From contig CANMWZ010000023.1 in the NCBI GenBank assembly GCA_947501605.1, positions 1 through 64,000 on the forward strand: DNA of 64,000 bases, written 5' to 3'. The translations under genes were made by a program, and so were the position numbers. The notes beneath the pieces are model-generated. The model ran no database searches and was not told where the DNA came from. It saw only the letters and a list, made by a program, of their open reading frames with translations. This DNA comes from Planctomycetota bacterium (GTDB lineage: Bacteria; Planctomycetota; UBA1135; UBA2386). Below are positions 18,985-30,644 of the stretch, piece after piece; position 1 is the first letter of the stretch; each line of letters begins with the position of its first letter.

Positions 18985-19986
18985 TCAGTCGGCGTCGCCG
19001 TCGCCGGCAATCGCGTCAGCCAGGGCGCGATGTTCGGCATTCTGGCCAGACCGTACGTGCTTCGCCTCGTTCACCGTTCGCGCGACCATCGTCACGATCG
19101 GAATCTCCGGCGGCGCGTCGATGCGAATCGGCAAGAAGGTGACGCCGACCCCGCGGCTCACGTAGAGGCGTGCATCCCCCTCGCGAAACCAACCCTGCTC
19201 GAAACCGAACTTGCTGTGGTGCAGCGGCGCCTTGCCTCGGATGCGGATCTGGCCGCCGTGGGTGTGACCGGCCAGCGTCAGGTCGACGTCGGAGGCTGCG
19301 GCTTCGAAGAAGTAGTCGGGGTGGTGCGACAGCAGGATCGCGGGCTCGTCCGGCCTGCGACCGTCGAGCGCGAGCCGCAGATCCGGCTCGCCCTCGGTCA
19401 GGTCATCGACGCCGCAGAGCCAGAAGGGCGTGCCTTGGAACGAGAGGCGCACGCCGCGATTCTCCAGCACCTCGACACCGTGATCGCGCAAGAACGCGGA
19501 CCAAAGGCCAAGACCCTTGCCCCAGAAGAGGTCGTGGTTGCCCGGGACTGCGTACATGCCGAGCGGCGGTTTGAGCAGCGGCAGCGCTGTCTCGAACAAC
19601 AGCAACTCGCGCTCGCGAGTGTTGATGAGATCGCCGCCGAACAGCACGAGATCAGGATTCTGCGCCGCGACGCGTTGAAAAATGCGTCGCAGGTCCACTT
19701 CGTTCATGAAGCTGCCGGCATGGAGATCCGACAGGAACGCGATCCGAAGACCGTGCAGCCCGCGCGACCGTGCCAGCAGAGGCAACTCGAGTGGCGTGAA
19801 CACCAGCGCCTTCTGGATCCGACGGTGCAGCCAGCGACCGATCGGCAGCAGGTCGATGGAGCGATTGACCGCGGCCGTTCCCCACGCCACCAGACGGCGA
19901 AGCCACGTGCGCCGGCCGGTGAACAGCCCAACCGGCATCGGCACGCGCCGCTTCTCCGTCAGCATCGCTGGGATCGCGTCCTTCAC
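18985..19986 (-). CDS. Metallophosphoesterase (YkuE/YaeI-like; start may be downstream)
   Basis: SDLH, GGDL, GNHD, SHHPD, GHTHGGQI and VSRGVG. Confidence 0.9.
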   Translation of the reverse strand: MKDAIPAMLTEKRRVPMPVGLFTGRRTWLRRLVAWGTAAVNRSIDLLPIGRWLHRRIQKALVFTPLELPLLARSRGLHGLRIAFLSDLHAGSFMNEVDLRRIFQRVAAQNPDLVLFGGDLINTRERELLLFETALPLLKPPLGMYAVPGNHDLFWGKGLGLWSAFLRDHGVEVLENRGVRLSFQGTPFWLCGVDDLTEGEPDLRLALDGRRPDEPAILLSHHPDYFFEAAASDVDLTLAGHTHGGQIRIRGKAPLHHSKFGFEQGWFREGDARLYVSRGVGVTFLPIRIDAPPEIPIVTMVARTVNEAKHVRSGQNAEHRALADAIAGDGDAD

Positions 19987-21383
19987 GACACCAACTCTAC
20001 GGCGGTGGCTTGTTGACGTTCGCGGAGGCGGTTGAACAGCGTTCGAACGCCGATGCCGAGCACTTCCGCGGTCTTTGTGCGATTGCCCTGATTGGAATCG
20101 AGCGTTCGAAGCACGAGTTCGTCCGCGACCTCTTCGAGTTTACGGCCGACGAGCGCGGCGATCGGGTCCGCGAGCAACTCCGTCGGCGCCGACGCCAATC
20201 TCGCCGCGAGGTGTGCGCCGGCACCGACACCATCGGCGAGGTTCTGCGGCTGGAGCCAACCCCGCAACTGCGGGCCGTCGATCGCCATTCCCTCGCAGAG
20301 CAGCGAAGCACGCTGGACGACGTTCTGCAGTTCGCGCACGTTGCCCGCCCACCGCCACTCGCGCAGCACCGCTTCGGCGGAGGGCGTGAACACGAGGCCC
20401 TTGCGCAAGAAGTGGCACGCCAGCGGCACGATCTCATCAGGGCGCTCGCGAAGGGGCGGCACAACGATCGGCACGACATCAAGCCGGTAGTAGAGGTCCT
20501 CGCGGAAGCGGCCTTCTTGCACGTCCTTCCACAGATCGCGATTGGTCGCCGCGACGACGCGGACGTCGACGCGCAGGGTTCGGCCACCGCCAACGCGCTG
20601 AAACTCGCCCTCTTGCAGCACACGCAGCAGCTTGCTCTGCATGGCCGCCGAGGTCTCGCCGATTTCGTCGAGGAACAGCGTGCCACCGTCTGCAAGTTCG
20701 AACAGACCCTCACGGCGACGACCGGCCCCCGTGAACGCGCCTTGTTCGTGGCCGAACAGCTCGCTTTCCAGCAGTGCCTCGGGCACGGCCGCGCAGTTGA
20801 TCTTCACGAACGGCTGCTCACGGCGATCGCTGCTGCGATGCACGAGCGCAGCTACCCGCTCCTTGCCGGTGCCACTCTCGCCGCGGATCAGCACGGTGGC
20901 TTTGCTGCGCGCGACGCGCTCGACCATCGCGACGACGGCCGCGGTCTTGGGGCCCGCAACGAGCAGATCGTCGCCGACACTCTGGGCTCGGAGGAACCGG
21001 TTCTCGCGGAGCAGCTTCTTGCGTTCGCGCAGGCGCGCACAGCAAAGCTCGAGTTCGTGCAGCGCGCAGGGCTTTTCCAGGATGTCGTCGGCGCCGCCGC
21101 GCATGGCCTGGATCGCCACACCCATCGTGCCGTGTGCCGTGACGATCACAACAGGGCGATCGGGCTCGGCCTGCTTGCTCGCAGCGAGCACCGCGGTGCC
21201 ATCCGCCTCGGGCATGCGCAGGTCAGTCACCACGTACTCGTAGGCATGTTGACGCAGAGCCGCGATCGCGGCCCTGCCATCGGCAACGGCATGAACCTCG
21301 AAACCCAGCGCTTGCAGGGCCTCTTCCAGAAACTCGCGTGACAACGGTTCGTCGTCGGCAAGCAGTAGCAGTTCTCGGCTCAT
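19983..21383 (-). CDS. Sigma54-dependent response regulator, FleR/FlrC/FlgR-like
   Basis: Receiver domain (DDE, TDLRMP), [23 protein letters not shown] and Fis-type HTH. Overlaps the stop of the kinase gene. Confidence 0.9.
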   Translation of the reverse strand: MSRELLLLADDEPLSREFLEEALQALGFEVHAVADGRAAIAALRQHAYEYVVTDLRMPEADGTAVLAASKQAEPDRPVVIVTAHGTMGVAIQAMRGGADDILEKPCALHELELCCARLRERKKLLRENRFLRAQSVGDDLLVAGPKTAAVVAMVERVARSKATVLIRGESGTGKERVAALVHRSSDRREQPFVKINCAAVPEALLESELFGHEQGAFTGAGRRREGLFELADGGTLFLDEIGETSAAMQSKLLRVLQEGEFQRVGGGRTLRVDVRVVAATNRDLWKDVQEGRFREDLYYRLDVVPIVVPPLRERPDEIVPLACHFLRKGLVFTPSAEAVLREWRWAGNVRELQNVVQRASLLCEGMAIDGPQLRGWLQPQNLADGVGAGAHLAARLASAPTELLADPIAALVGRKLEEVADELVLRTLDSNQGNRTKTAEVLGIGVRTLFNRLRERQQATAVELVS

Positions 21384-22552
21384 GCAGGTGTCTTTGCGGC
21401 AGGGGACGCAGCCGGCGGAGTCGGAATCACGTAGATGGTCTCGGTCGAAGGCGACGACGGGGTCACAGGCAGGTTGGCCGCGTGCAGCGGCAGGCGGACA
21501 CAGAAGCGCGCGCCTTTCTCACCCGGGTTCTGCAGCGACAGTTCGCCGCCGAGGAAGGACAAAACACGCACGGCAAGCGGCAAGCCGAGACCCGTGCCGC
21601 GCTCCTTGGTCGACACGAATGGCTCGAAGACTCGCGTCGCGAGCTCGCAAGGAACGCCTGGACCGTCGTCAGCGACGACGAGTTCGAGTCGGCCGTTGGC
21701 GATCTCCGCCGCGACGCGCACGTGGCCGAGTTCACTCCCGGACTCGAGCGCGTTGCGGAACAACACGGCGAGCACTCGGGTGACCGCGGCGGCGTCCGCA
21801 CGGAGCGCACCGTCGCCAGTGAACACGAGGCGATTCTCGGGCAAGCCCGCGCTGGCGGCGGCCTCGGCGACGATCGTCGCGACAGTGGCGACTTGCGCAC
21901 GGTGGGCCTCTGGCCGCGCGAACGCGAGCAGCGACTTGACGATCTCATCGACCTGATGCAGTCCCTGGCGAATGCGAGCGGCGTAGCGGCGCGCCGGCTC
22001 CCCTTCCGGGTTGCGCTCCAGCAGTTCGGCAAAGCCCATGGCCCCGTTCAGTGGGTTCTTGATCTCGTGGGCCACGCCCAGAGCCAACTCGGACAAGCCG
22101 GCAAGGCGGTCGAGACGATGCACTTCGCGTTCGAGTTCGCGGATGCGAGAGCGATCCTCCAGCAGGACCAGCTCGCCGTCGGGCAGGTCAGCGCATCGAA
22201 CTCGGACACCCCCATCACCGATCGCGATGTCACCCGCATGTGCGGCCGGGAGTTCGACACCGGCCGCGCGCGCGGTGATGCACAGGCGCTCCGCTTCGTC
22301 GTTCTGGAACGTGACCGTGCCATCATGTCGACGGGCGATGACGCCGAGCGGCAGAGCCGCGAAGATCGCGTCGCGCTCGGCGACGGTTTGCGCAAGCCTC
22401 TGGTTCGTCGCCTGCAGTTGTTCGTCGACCGCGGCGGCGCGCGCCTTCAACTCGGCATAGCGCTGCTCCAGCCGGTGCGACGCCTCGATGAACGCGTCGA
22501 ACCCAGCCCGCAGATCGGAGTCCGTGTTGTCTACTGCTGGTAACCCGGCCAT
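21380..22552 (-). CDS. Cytoplasmic sensor histidine kinase, FleS/FlrB/FlgS-like
   Basis: N-terminal coil FDAFIEASHRLEQRYAELK resembles the FleS-type N-terminus. Degenerate PAS, AHEIKNPL, DDGPG and GTGLGL. Confidence 0.85.
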   Translation of the reverse strand: MAGLPAVDNTDSDLRAGFDAFIEASHRLEQRYAELKARAAAVDEQLQATNQRLAQTVAERDAIFAALPLGVIARRHDGTVTFQNDEAERLCITARAAGVELPAAHAGDIAIGDGGVRVRCADLPDGELVLLEDRSRIRELEREVHRLDRLAGLSELALGVAHEIKNPLNGAMGFAELLERNPEGEPARRYAARIRQGLHQVDEIVKSLLAFARPEAHRAQVATVATIVAEAAASAGLPENRLVFTGDGALRADAAAVTRVLAVLFRNALESGSELGHVRVAAEIANGRLELVVADDGPGVPCELATRVFEPFVSTKERGTGLGLPLAVRVLSFLGGELSLQNPGEKGARFCVRLPLHAANLPVTPSSPSTETIYVIPTPPAASPAAKTPA

Positions 22553-23586
22553 GTGATCGTCCTCGGGTCCACTTTGGGCGCGTAGCCTGAGTGCAGATTG
22601 ATCCAACGGAAATGGTCCATCGCGGCCTGCGCGGCGCGGCCCCACGGGCCCAGCGCATCGGCGTCGCCACGGCGCACGACGTCGCGCGCGGTGATGGCAA
22701 CGTAGGCGTCACGGACCTCCTGTTCGCGGCGCTGGAACTCCTTGGGCTGATCCTTGGCCGTGAGGCCATCGCGACGTTCGGAGATCCTGAACAACAGTTC
22801 GCGGCAACGGCCCTGGTGGAACAGGTACGAGAACGATGGCTTGTCGCCGACTTCGGTGTGCTTCAGCTCTTCGAGTGCGCGTTCGAGCCGTTGTCTGGCT
22901 TCGTCCAGTGCTTCGTCGGCTGCCTCACCCTGACTTTGCGCACGCATCACGTCGCAACGATCGATCAGAGCCTGACTGGCCTTGAGCAACGCCTGTGCCA
23001 CCAAACCGTGGTCCTGGCTCCCGTCGATCTGCGCCCGGATCGGGTCGAGGTTGGACACGACCCGCACGCGCGGCTCCACCCGCGCGATCGACTCGCCATC
23101 GGGCCGGGCTGGCTGCTGCATCGACGATGGTGCGTGCAGCGCGGGCTGTGACCGCGGCTCACCATGCGGCGCCGGTCGATCGCCGCCGGCAACTGGGACG
23201 ACCATCCACTCCGGCGCGGTCGACTGCTTGGCCGCGCGTTCGGCAGTCTCGCGCTGGAGCAGTTCGACCTCGACGCGGAGTCGCTCGTAGCGCGACAGCA
23301 GATTGCCGGTGACGGCCTCTTCTTGCGCCAGTTGCAACTGCGCCCGTTCGATGGCCGGAGCCGTCGATGCCGGACCACTCTCGGTGCGCAGCACTGGAAC
23401 CGAGTCCTGTTGCGGCAGTCCGAGGTCGTGCCGAATGCGCGCGTCGAGCAGTTGGTCCGCGTCCGAACGCACTTGCTGCAGTTCGCGGTTGGTCCGCTCC
23501 AGCTCGAGGCGCGCCTTGTCGGGGTCCTGCGCGCGCAGGCCAGCGACGACGATCAGCCCCAGCGTGAACGCGACGACGCGATTCAC
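22531..23586 (-). CDS. Hypothetical secreted coiled-coil/helical protein
   Basis: Signal peptide ending LRA-Q. Overlaps both neighbours in the operon. Confidence 0.7.
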   Translation of the reverse strand: MNRVVAFTLGLIVVAGLRAQDPDKARLELERTNRELQQVRSDADQLLDARIRHDLGLPQQDSVPVLRTESGPASTAPAIERAQLQLAQEEAVTGNLLSRYERLRVEVELLQRETAERAAKQSTAPEWMVVPVAGGDRPAPHGEPRSQPALHAPSSMQQPARPDGESIARVEPRVRVVSNLDPIRAQIDGSQDHGLVAQALLKASQALIDRCDVMRAQSQGEAADEALDEARQRLERALEELKHTEVGDKPSFSYLFHQGRCRELLFRISERRDGLTAKDQPKEFQRREQEVRDAYVAITARDVVRRGDADALGPWGRAAQAAMDHFRWINLHSGYAPKVDPRTITWPGYQQ

Positions 23587-25226
23587 CGCAGGATCCCCCG
23601 ATAGGCGTCGGCCGCAGCTTCGAGCTGCCCGAGCGCGGTGTAGGCATCGCCGATCATCTCAGCGCAGCCAGATCGCAACTGGCGGTCCTCGATCTTTGGC
23701 GCGATCTCGCGCGCCAGAGCAGGGAACTCGGCCAAGGTCATGCTGGCCTTCGCCTGCTCGTAGAGGGCCTGCACGGCCTTGTAGCGCGCCTGGTCACCCT
23801 GTTCACCCGGACGCGACTGCAGGATGCGTGTCACCGAGATCGCGCGCTGCCACTGGCGATCGGCGATGAGCTCATCCGCGAGAAACAGCACGAGCTCCGG
23901 GTCGTCTTCGCGGTGCACCAGCACCTCGAGTTCCTGGAAAGCGTTCTCTTTGTCGCCGAGCGCCAGACCGGTGCGCGCATAGAGCTGAAGTGCTTTGGTT
24001 CGATAGCGCGGCTCCAGTTCGGGCATGAATTGCCGCCGCACCGTGAGCGCCGCAGCGCGCGCCTCGACGAATCGGCCGAGTTGCATGTACGCCTCTGCGA
24101 GCAGCACGTGAGCCAACCCGCGCCTCCGATCGTCGTCGGCGTGGATCAAGAACCACTCCAGCGACTTCATCGCGAGGTCCGCATCGCCGCCACCAAGCGC
24201 GCCGTAGCCGAGCAGGAAGTGGTAATCGCGAAACTGACGATCATCGAGGTCGCCAAAATTGGGCGACTCGCGCAGCGTCAGCATGGTCTCGTGAACCCGC
24301 GATGGCCACTCGAGCCGGAACTGCGCCTCGCCGACGATCAGCCACACGTCGAGCATCTCGACGGTGTCGCGCAGTCGCATCACGCGAGCTGCCAGTTCGG
24401 TGCGGCATCGGTCGCACAGATCGCGGGTCTTCTGCGCGTCGACGGCGACAGCAGCCTGGCCGAGCAGCGCCCGACCCAGCGCGACGGTGGCGCCGGCAGC
24501 TTCCGGCGCACTGGGATAGAGCTCGAGCAGCTTGCGGCACCAGGACTCGGACTGTTCGAACCGCGCTCGTGCCTTCTGCGCATCGCGCGACTGGGTGCCG
24601 AGTTCGTTGTTGGTCTGCGCCAGCCGCAGGACAGCTGCAGGAACATGGTCGCTCGGTCGGCTCTCGTAGACCTCGCCGAAGAGCGGCAGCGCCCCTTCGA
24701 GATCCCCGCTTTCGACCAGCAGCCAACCCAGATCCATACGCACGCGCATTGCCTCGTCAGCGACGACCGGCTCGTAGCGCAGCTCGTCCTGAAGAAACGA
24801 TCGGTACCAATCGCTGGCGAGCCCGCGCAGGCGTTGGCGACCCGACTCGGTCGAGGCTTCTGGTTTTCGCGTCACATGCAGCGTGGGACGCTGGCCGCTC
24901 TGGGCGTCGCCCGCATCAAACACCACATCGGCGCCAGCAGCGACGGCGATCAGTTGACCAACCATGCGTGGGTCTTGACCCTTGAGCGACAAGTCGACCG
25001 CGCAGAACTGCAGGTCGCTCTCCAGCGGCTTGCTGTCGATGCGGATGTTCCAGCCCATTGCCGTCGTCAGCTCCTGCAGCGCTTGCAGGCAATTGACCGT
25101 GCGGCGGTCGCCGGCAACGGTTGTCGCCATGCCGCTCGCGGCCGCGCCCGGCGTGACCGCGAACACCGGCTCCGCCGTCTGTGGCGCCATCGCGGCGGTG
25201 AGCAACAGTCCAAGGACAGAACTCAC
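23583..25226 (-). CDS. Secreted TPR protein with an N-terminal STN-like segment
   Basis: Short signal-like N-terminus, LQELTTAMGWNIRID..VDLSLKG..(STN-like) and many TPR-like helices. Confidence 0.7.
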   Translation of the reverse strand: MSSVLGLLLTAAMAPQTAEPVFAVTPGAAASGMATTVAGDRRTVNCLQALQELTTAMGWNIRIDSKPLESDLQFCAVDLSLKGQDPRMVGQLIAVAAGADVVFDAGDAQSGQRPTLHVTRKPEASTESGRQRLRGLASDWYRSFLQDELRYEPVVADEAMRVRMDLGWLLVESGDLEGALPLFGEVYESRPSDHVPAAVLRLAQTNNELGTQSRDAQKARARFEQSESWCRKLLELYPSAPEAAGATVALGRALLGQAAVAVDAQKTRDLCDRCRTELAARVMRLRDTVEMLDVWLIVGEAQFRLEWPSRVHETMLTLRESPNFGDLDDRQFRDYHFLLGYGALGGGDADLAMKSLEWFLIHADDDRRRGLAHVLLAEAYMQLGRFVEARAAALTVRRQFMPELEPRYRTKALQLYARTGLALGDKENAFQELEVLVHREDDPELVLFLADELIADRQWQRAISVTRILQSRPGEQGDQARYKAVQALYEQAKASMTLAEFPALAREIAPKIEDRQLRSGCAEMIGDAYTALGQLEAAADAYRGILR

Positions 25227-26161
25227 TTGCCCGTCCCCCCGGCACCCTCGGTCGGCTCCGCTGCTTGCTTGCGCAGATTCGCGCGGACCTGCTGCAGCTC
25301 CTTCTCGCGCGCAGCGGTATCACCTCGTTCTGCTTCGGTCCGGTAGCTGTCGCCGAGCTTCAAGTAGGCCTCGGCAACGTGGCGGTAGAGCGAACTCGGG
25401 ATCTGCTTCTGCTGCAGCAAAAGCCGCGCGTAGTTGCGGCGCATCGACTCGACATCGCCATTGCGCTCAGCCTCCAACGCCATCTGGACAAGGTCGTCGG
25501 GCATCGAGTGCGCCGACCGGAGAGCCTCGGTGCGCCGCTGAAACTCCTGCGCCTTGGTGAAGTCGCCGATCTGCGTTGCATAGTGCTCGAGGGCGAGCAG
25601 CACGTTGGCCTTGCGGCCGGCGTCCAAGCGGGGTGATTCCGCGAGGTGCTGCTCGAGCAGCGTCATGGCAGAGCGGTAGTCGCGAGTCTCGGCCAGCGCG
25701 AAGGCACGCAGCACGGGATCTGCCGAGTTGGGCTTGGTGACGACCGGGTCGTGAGCCGGAGCTGGTGTCGCGTGCGCGGGATCGACAGCAAAGGACTGCG
25801 AGGTCTGGTGCGCGCTCGGCAGCATGACGAGCACGACCATGGCGACGATGTTGCCGCAGATCAGCACGCGCAGAACCTTCTCGCGAGTGCGCGAGCCGGG
25901 CTTTCTGGCCGTCGCCAACGTGTCGTTGGCGCGCAAGTCGCCATTGGCCGCCTCGAGTGCGCGCGCGCCTTCGGCAAGAGCGTGTTCCGCAGCCTTCAGC
26001 GCGTCCTTCTCGAGATCGGGTTTCGGCTTCGCTGTCGGAGCTCCGGACGCCATCAACTGGGACAGAGCATCCGCGTCACCCTTGGTGCTCGGTGGATTCG
26101 CGGTCCCGGCGGCGACTCCCGTCGGGTCTTTCACATCGTGCTTGTCGTGCGGTTCGCTCAC
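25223..26161 (-). CDS. Single-TM TPR-like protein
   Basis: GGAG RBS before GTG 26161, TM VLICGNIVAMVVLVML and TPR-like AEAYLKLGDSY. Confidence 0.7.
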   Translation of the reverse strand: MSEPHDKHDVKDPTGVAAGTANPPSTKGDADALSQLMASGAPTAKPKPDLEKDALKAAEHALAEGARALEAANGDLRANDTLATARKPGSRTREKVLRVLICGNIVAMVVLVMLPSAHQTSQSFAVDPAHATPAPAHDPVVTKPNSADPVLRAFALAETRDYRSAMTLLEQHLAESPRLDAGRKANVLLALEHYATQIGDFTKAQEFQRRTEALRSAHSMPDDLVQMALEAERNGDVESMRRNYARLLLQQKQIPSSLYRHVAEAYLKLGDSYRTEAERGDTAAREKELQQVRANLRKQAAEPTEGAGGTGK

Positions 26162-26316
26162 GGTCGCTCCAGATGTCCTGTTGCAAGGCACGTAGATCGC
26201 GCCTCTGTCGAGTCCTTCATCGGCAGTCCATGCCTCTCAGCCGAAGCCTCCTTGGCAATGGCGCTGCAACTCCGGCTTCTCGTCGCCGCAGGCTGCCGTG
26301 GCAACCTGCCGCCACC

Positions 26317-27183
26317 TCAGTGCCAGAGCCCGGCGAACTCGCCCACGACGCGCGGGCCGATCGGTGGCGACGCCGGGATCAGCACGGTGCTGCCGGAAGC
26401 TGCCTGTTGTTGGCGCAGCTCGTCGGGAACATTGAGAAAGTGCACCATGACGCCGTTGTTCCGCAGCACGGCCGCACGCTCGCAGCATGCCTGCATCGCG
26501 CTCTTCGACAGTGCCGTGCCGTGGAAATCGACAGCGAACTCGCAACTGGCTGGCCACAGATCATCGGCCTTGACGGTTGGCAGACTCGGGTCGGAGCGCC
26601 CATCGCGACACCAACGCAGTTCGCACCGGGCCATGCCATCGCCCGAACGCGTCGTCCGGAGATCGCCGCCGAGGTCTTCGAGCTCGTAGCACTTCTGTGC
26701 CGTGACGGCATTGGCTCGCAAGGTGATGAAGGTGCCATCGTCGAGCAGTTCGACGGGCGTGCCCGCGAGCAGGACGATGGCGCGTTCGGCCACCGCGCGC
26801 ACATCGCACGGCAGATCGGCGGTGGTTCTGGCCGCCTCGGTCGACGCATCGCGACGCGCCGGGGCACAGCGAGCGATCAGGTCGAACAGGCGATCGGGCA
26901 TCAACGGCTTCTGCATCACCGCGAGCACGCGCGGCGAAGCCACGACCTCCTCGGGGTGCCCGCTGATCACGACGATCGGCGCGGTCCCGAGATCGAACAG
27001 CGGCAATGCCGTGCCGTCGGGAAGACGCCAATCAGTCAACACGATGTCGAACTCGTGGTACTTGGCCAGCGTCTTGGCACTCGCGACGTCGGCCGCAGTG
27101 TGTACTTCATGGCCGCGCAAGCGCAGCAAGGCGGCCAGGCCCTCGCGGATTCCCGGCTCGTCGTCGACTAGTAGGCAGCGCAT
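26317..27183 (-). CDS. Response regulator receiver protein with a possible STAS-like C-terminal domain
   Basis: LVDDE, TDWRLPDG, ISG and QKP. C-terminal VDFHG...NGVMVHFLNVP resembles STAS. Confidence 0.8.
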   Translation of the reverse strand: MRCLLVDDEPGIREGLAALLRLRGHEVHTAADVASAKTLAKYHEFDIVLTDWRLPDGTALPLFDLGTAPIVVISGHPEEVVASPRVLAVMQKPLMPDRLFDLIARCAPARRDASTEAARTTADLPCDVRAVAERAIVLLAGTPVELLDDGTFITLRANAVTAQKCYELEDLGGDLRTTRSGDGMARCELRWCRDGRSDPSLPTVKADDLWPASCEFAVDFHGTALSKSAMQACCERAAVLRNNGVMVHFLNVPDELRQQQAASGSTVLIPASPPIGPRVVGEFAGLWH

Positions 27184-27185
27184 GA

Positions 27186-27820
27186 TCAGACCGTCGCCTC
27201 CAGCACGCGCGTCGGTAGCCGCAGCACGAAGCGGGCGCCGCGGCGGCCGTGTTCGCAGACAATGCTGCCGCGGTGCGCGACCATGACTTCGGCGACGAAG
27301 CCGAGGCCGAGGCCAGTGCTGCCATGACGGGAGAACCCGGACTCGAAGATGCGGGCACGAAGCTCAGGCGGCACCCCTGGACCGTCGTCTTCGACGGCGA
27401 TCTCGAGCGCGTCACCATGGTTGTGAACCTCGACAGCAACGCGCGACGCGCCTGCAGCAAATGCGTTCTCGATCAGGTTGTCGAACGCACGTTCGAGCAA
27501 CACCGAATCGCCGGTGACGCACGCATCGAGCGCACCGGCAACGGTGACGCCTTGGCGACGCGAAGCTGCGGCCGAGAGGATGCCCGCAAGCTTGACCATC
27601 TCGCGACGCGTCTGGCCGCAACGAGCGAAGTCGAGGTAGTGATCGATGAGTGCTGCGATGCGTTGCAACTCACTGGCGACGCCATCGACGACCTGACGAC
27701 GCGGATCGTCTGCATCGATCAGCTCGCGCAGGAGCGCTGTGCCCGTGACGGCGGCGGCGAGGGGGTTGCGCAACTCGTGGCCGAGCACGCCCACCGTGTG
27801 TGCGAGGCCGCCAGCGGCCC

Positions 27821-27824
<4 letters not shown>
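27186..27824 (-). CDS. Histidine kinase lacking a sensor domain
   Basis: H-box GHELRNPL at about residue 15, then NLIENA, DDGPG and GLGLG. Confidence 0.85.
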
Positions 27825-29251
<1,427 letters not shown>

Positions 29252-29328
29252 GAGCCGAACTTCGATTGCCGTTTACGGGTGCCGCACTTGCGTCGGGGGA
29301 CGCTCGGCGGATCGCCTTGCCAACGGCG

Positions 29329-29357
29329 ATATCGGCAACAGGTGCCGTCGACCTTTT
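29329..29357 (-). promoter_or_regulatory. sigma28-like promoter facing the NtrC-family gene
   Basis: Minus strand reads AAAAG-N16-GCCGATAT. Confidence 0.4.
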
Positions 29358-29482
29358 GGTCAGTTGCTGAATTCAGCAGCGCTTGGCGGAAAGAACTGGG
29401 CCGGCGCTAAAGCCGCGACGCCACCGTCCGGACCATCGAAGCGTCTGGCAAAGAGCCACACGATCGAAGGAGCGACTGGGAT

Positions 29483-30313
29483 ATGGGTTTGCGAGTCAAC
29501 ACGAACGTCACTTCCATCAACGCGCAGCGGAACCTTGCAGCGGTTACCGAGCGCCTTAGTGGGAACTTCCGCCGACTGTCTACCGGTCTGCGCATCTCTA
29601 CTGCCGCTGACGATGCCGCCGGCCTCGCGATCAGCGAGCGCCTGCGCAGTCAGGTCCGCTCGCTGGAGCAGGCCAAGCGCAACGCCAATGACGGCATCTC
29701 CTTCGTGCAGACCGCTGAAGGTGCGCTGAACGAGGTGAGCAGCATTCTGACCCGCCTGCGCGAACTGGCAGTCCAGTCGGCCAACGGCTCGGTCAGCAAT
29801 CAGGACAAGGAGACGCTGGACGAAGAGTTCCAGAGCCTGATCGACGAAGTCGAACGCATCGGCAAGTCGACCGAGTTCAACGGCATCAAGCTGCTGGACG
29901 GCAGCAACAGTACCATCAGCTTCCAGGTCGGCTTCGGCACGACGGTCGGCACCGACACCCTGTCGGTAACGCTCTCGGAAGCGAGCAGCTCGTCACTGAG
30001 TCTCTCCTCGCTCGACATCGGCTCGGGCGGCCTGACTACGACCGCGATGGACACGATCGACCGAGCGATCAACTCGGTCTCGAGCCTCCGCGGAACGCTG
30101 GGCGCGATCCAGAATCGGCTGGGCAGCACGATCAACAACCTGGCGATCCAGGTCGAGAACCTGTCGGCCGCCGAGTCGCGCATCCGCGATGTCGACGTCG
30201 CCTACGAAACCGCGCAGCTGACGCGCAACTCGATCCTGCAGCAGGCGAGCATCTCGATCTTGTCGCAGGCCAACGCGCAGCCGCAGTCGGCTCTGTCACT
30301 CCTGCAAGGCTGA
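29483..30313 (+). CDS. fliC: Flagellin 1 (276 aa)
   Basis: [36 protein letters not shown] and [11 protein letters not shown]. Confidence 0.97.
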   Translation: MGLRVNTNVTSINAQRNLAAVTERLSGNFRRLSTGLRISTAADDAAGLAISERLRSQVRSLEQAKRNANDGISFVQTAEGALNEVSSILTRLRELAVQSANGSVSNQDKETLDEEFQSLIDEVERIGKSTEFNGIKLLDGSNSTISFQVGFGTTVGTDTLSVTLSEASSSSLSLSSLDIGSGGLTTTAMDTIDRAINSVSSLRGTLGAIQNRLGSTINNLAIQVENLSAAESRIRDVDVAYETAQLTRNSILQQASISILSQANAQPQSALSLLQG

Positions 30314-30334
30314 TCGAGTCCCGGTCGCTCGAAG

Positions 30335-30379
30335 GACGGACGGCGTCACCCGCGAGGGTGCCGCCGTCCGTCGCATTTT
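30335..30379 (+). terminator. Stem-loop terminator after flagellin 1
   Basis: GACGGACGGCG..CACCC-GCGA-GGGTG..CGCCGTCCGTC followed by ATTTT. Confidence 0.7.
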
Positions 30380-30553
30380 CGGGCACCTACTTCGCGCCCT
30401 TGGCAGCCTCGCGCTGGGCGCTGTTGCAAAGCTCGACACCGCGGTCAAGAAATCGCGCGAGCGCCCGCCGCCCACCGTCGTCGATGGCAACGGCGAATGG
30501 CGATTCGCCCCGCGAACGCAGCAGAAAACACCGCTTCGCGCGGTTCATGCGCC

Positions 30554-30581
30554 TCAAGCCCACCCCCGGTCCAACCGTGAA
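30554..30581 (+). promoter_or_regulatory. sigma28-like promoter for flagellin 2
   Basis: TCAAG-N15-ACCGTGAA (degenerate -10). Confidence 0.4.
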
Positions 30582-30644
30582 TCGACGGAGCATCGTCTAA
30601 CTTTCCGGCCTCGCGCCGGTACAGCCTCAACAACAGGGTAAGCA

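Noticed and set aside
26252..26326. sigma54-like GG-N10-GC motifs near the TPR operon
   Set aside because: The better match is on the wrong strand. The other overlaps a stop codon and has a poor -12 element.
29408..29434. sigma28 promoter for flagellin 1 (TAAAG-N14-TCCGGACC)
   Set aside because: Good -35 but the -10 is too degenerate to call.
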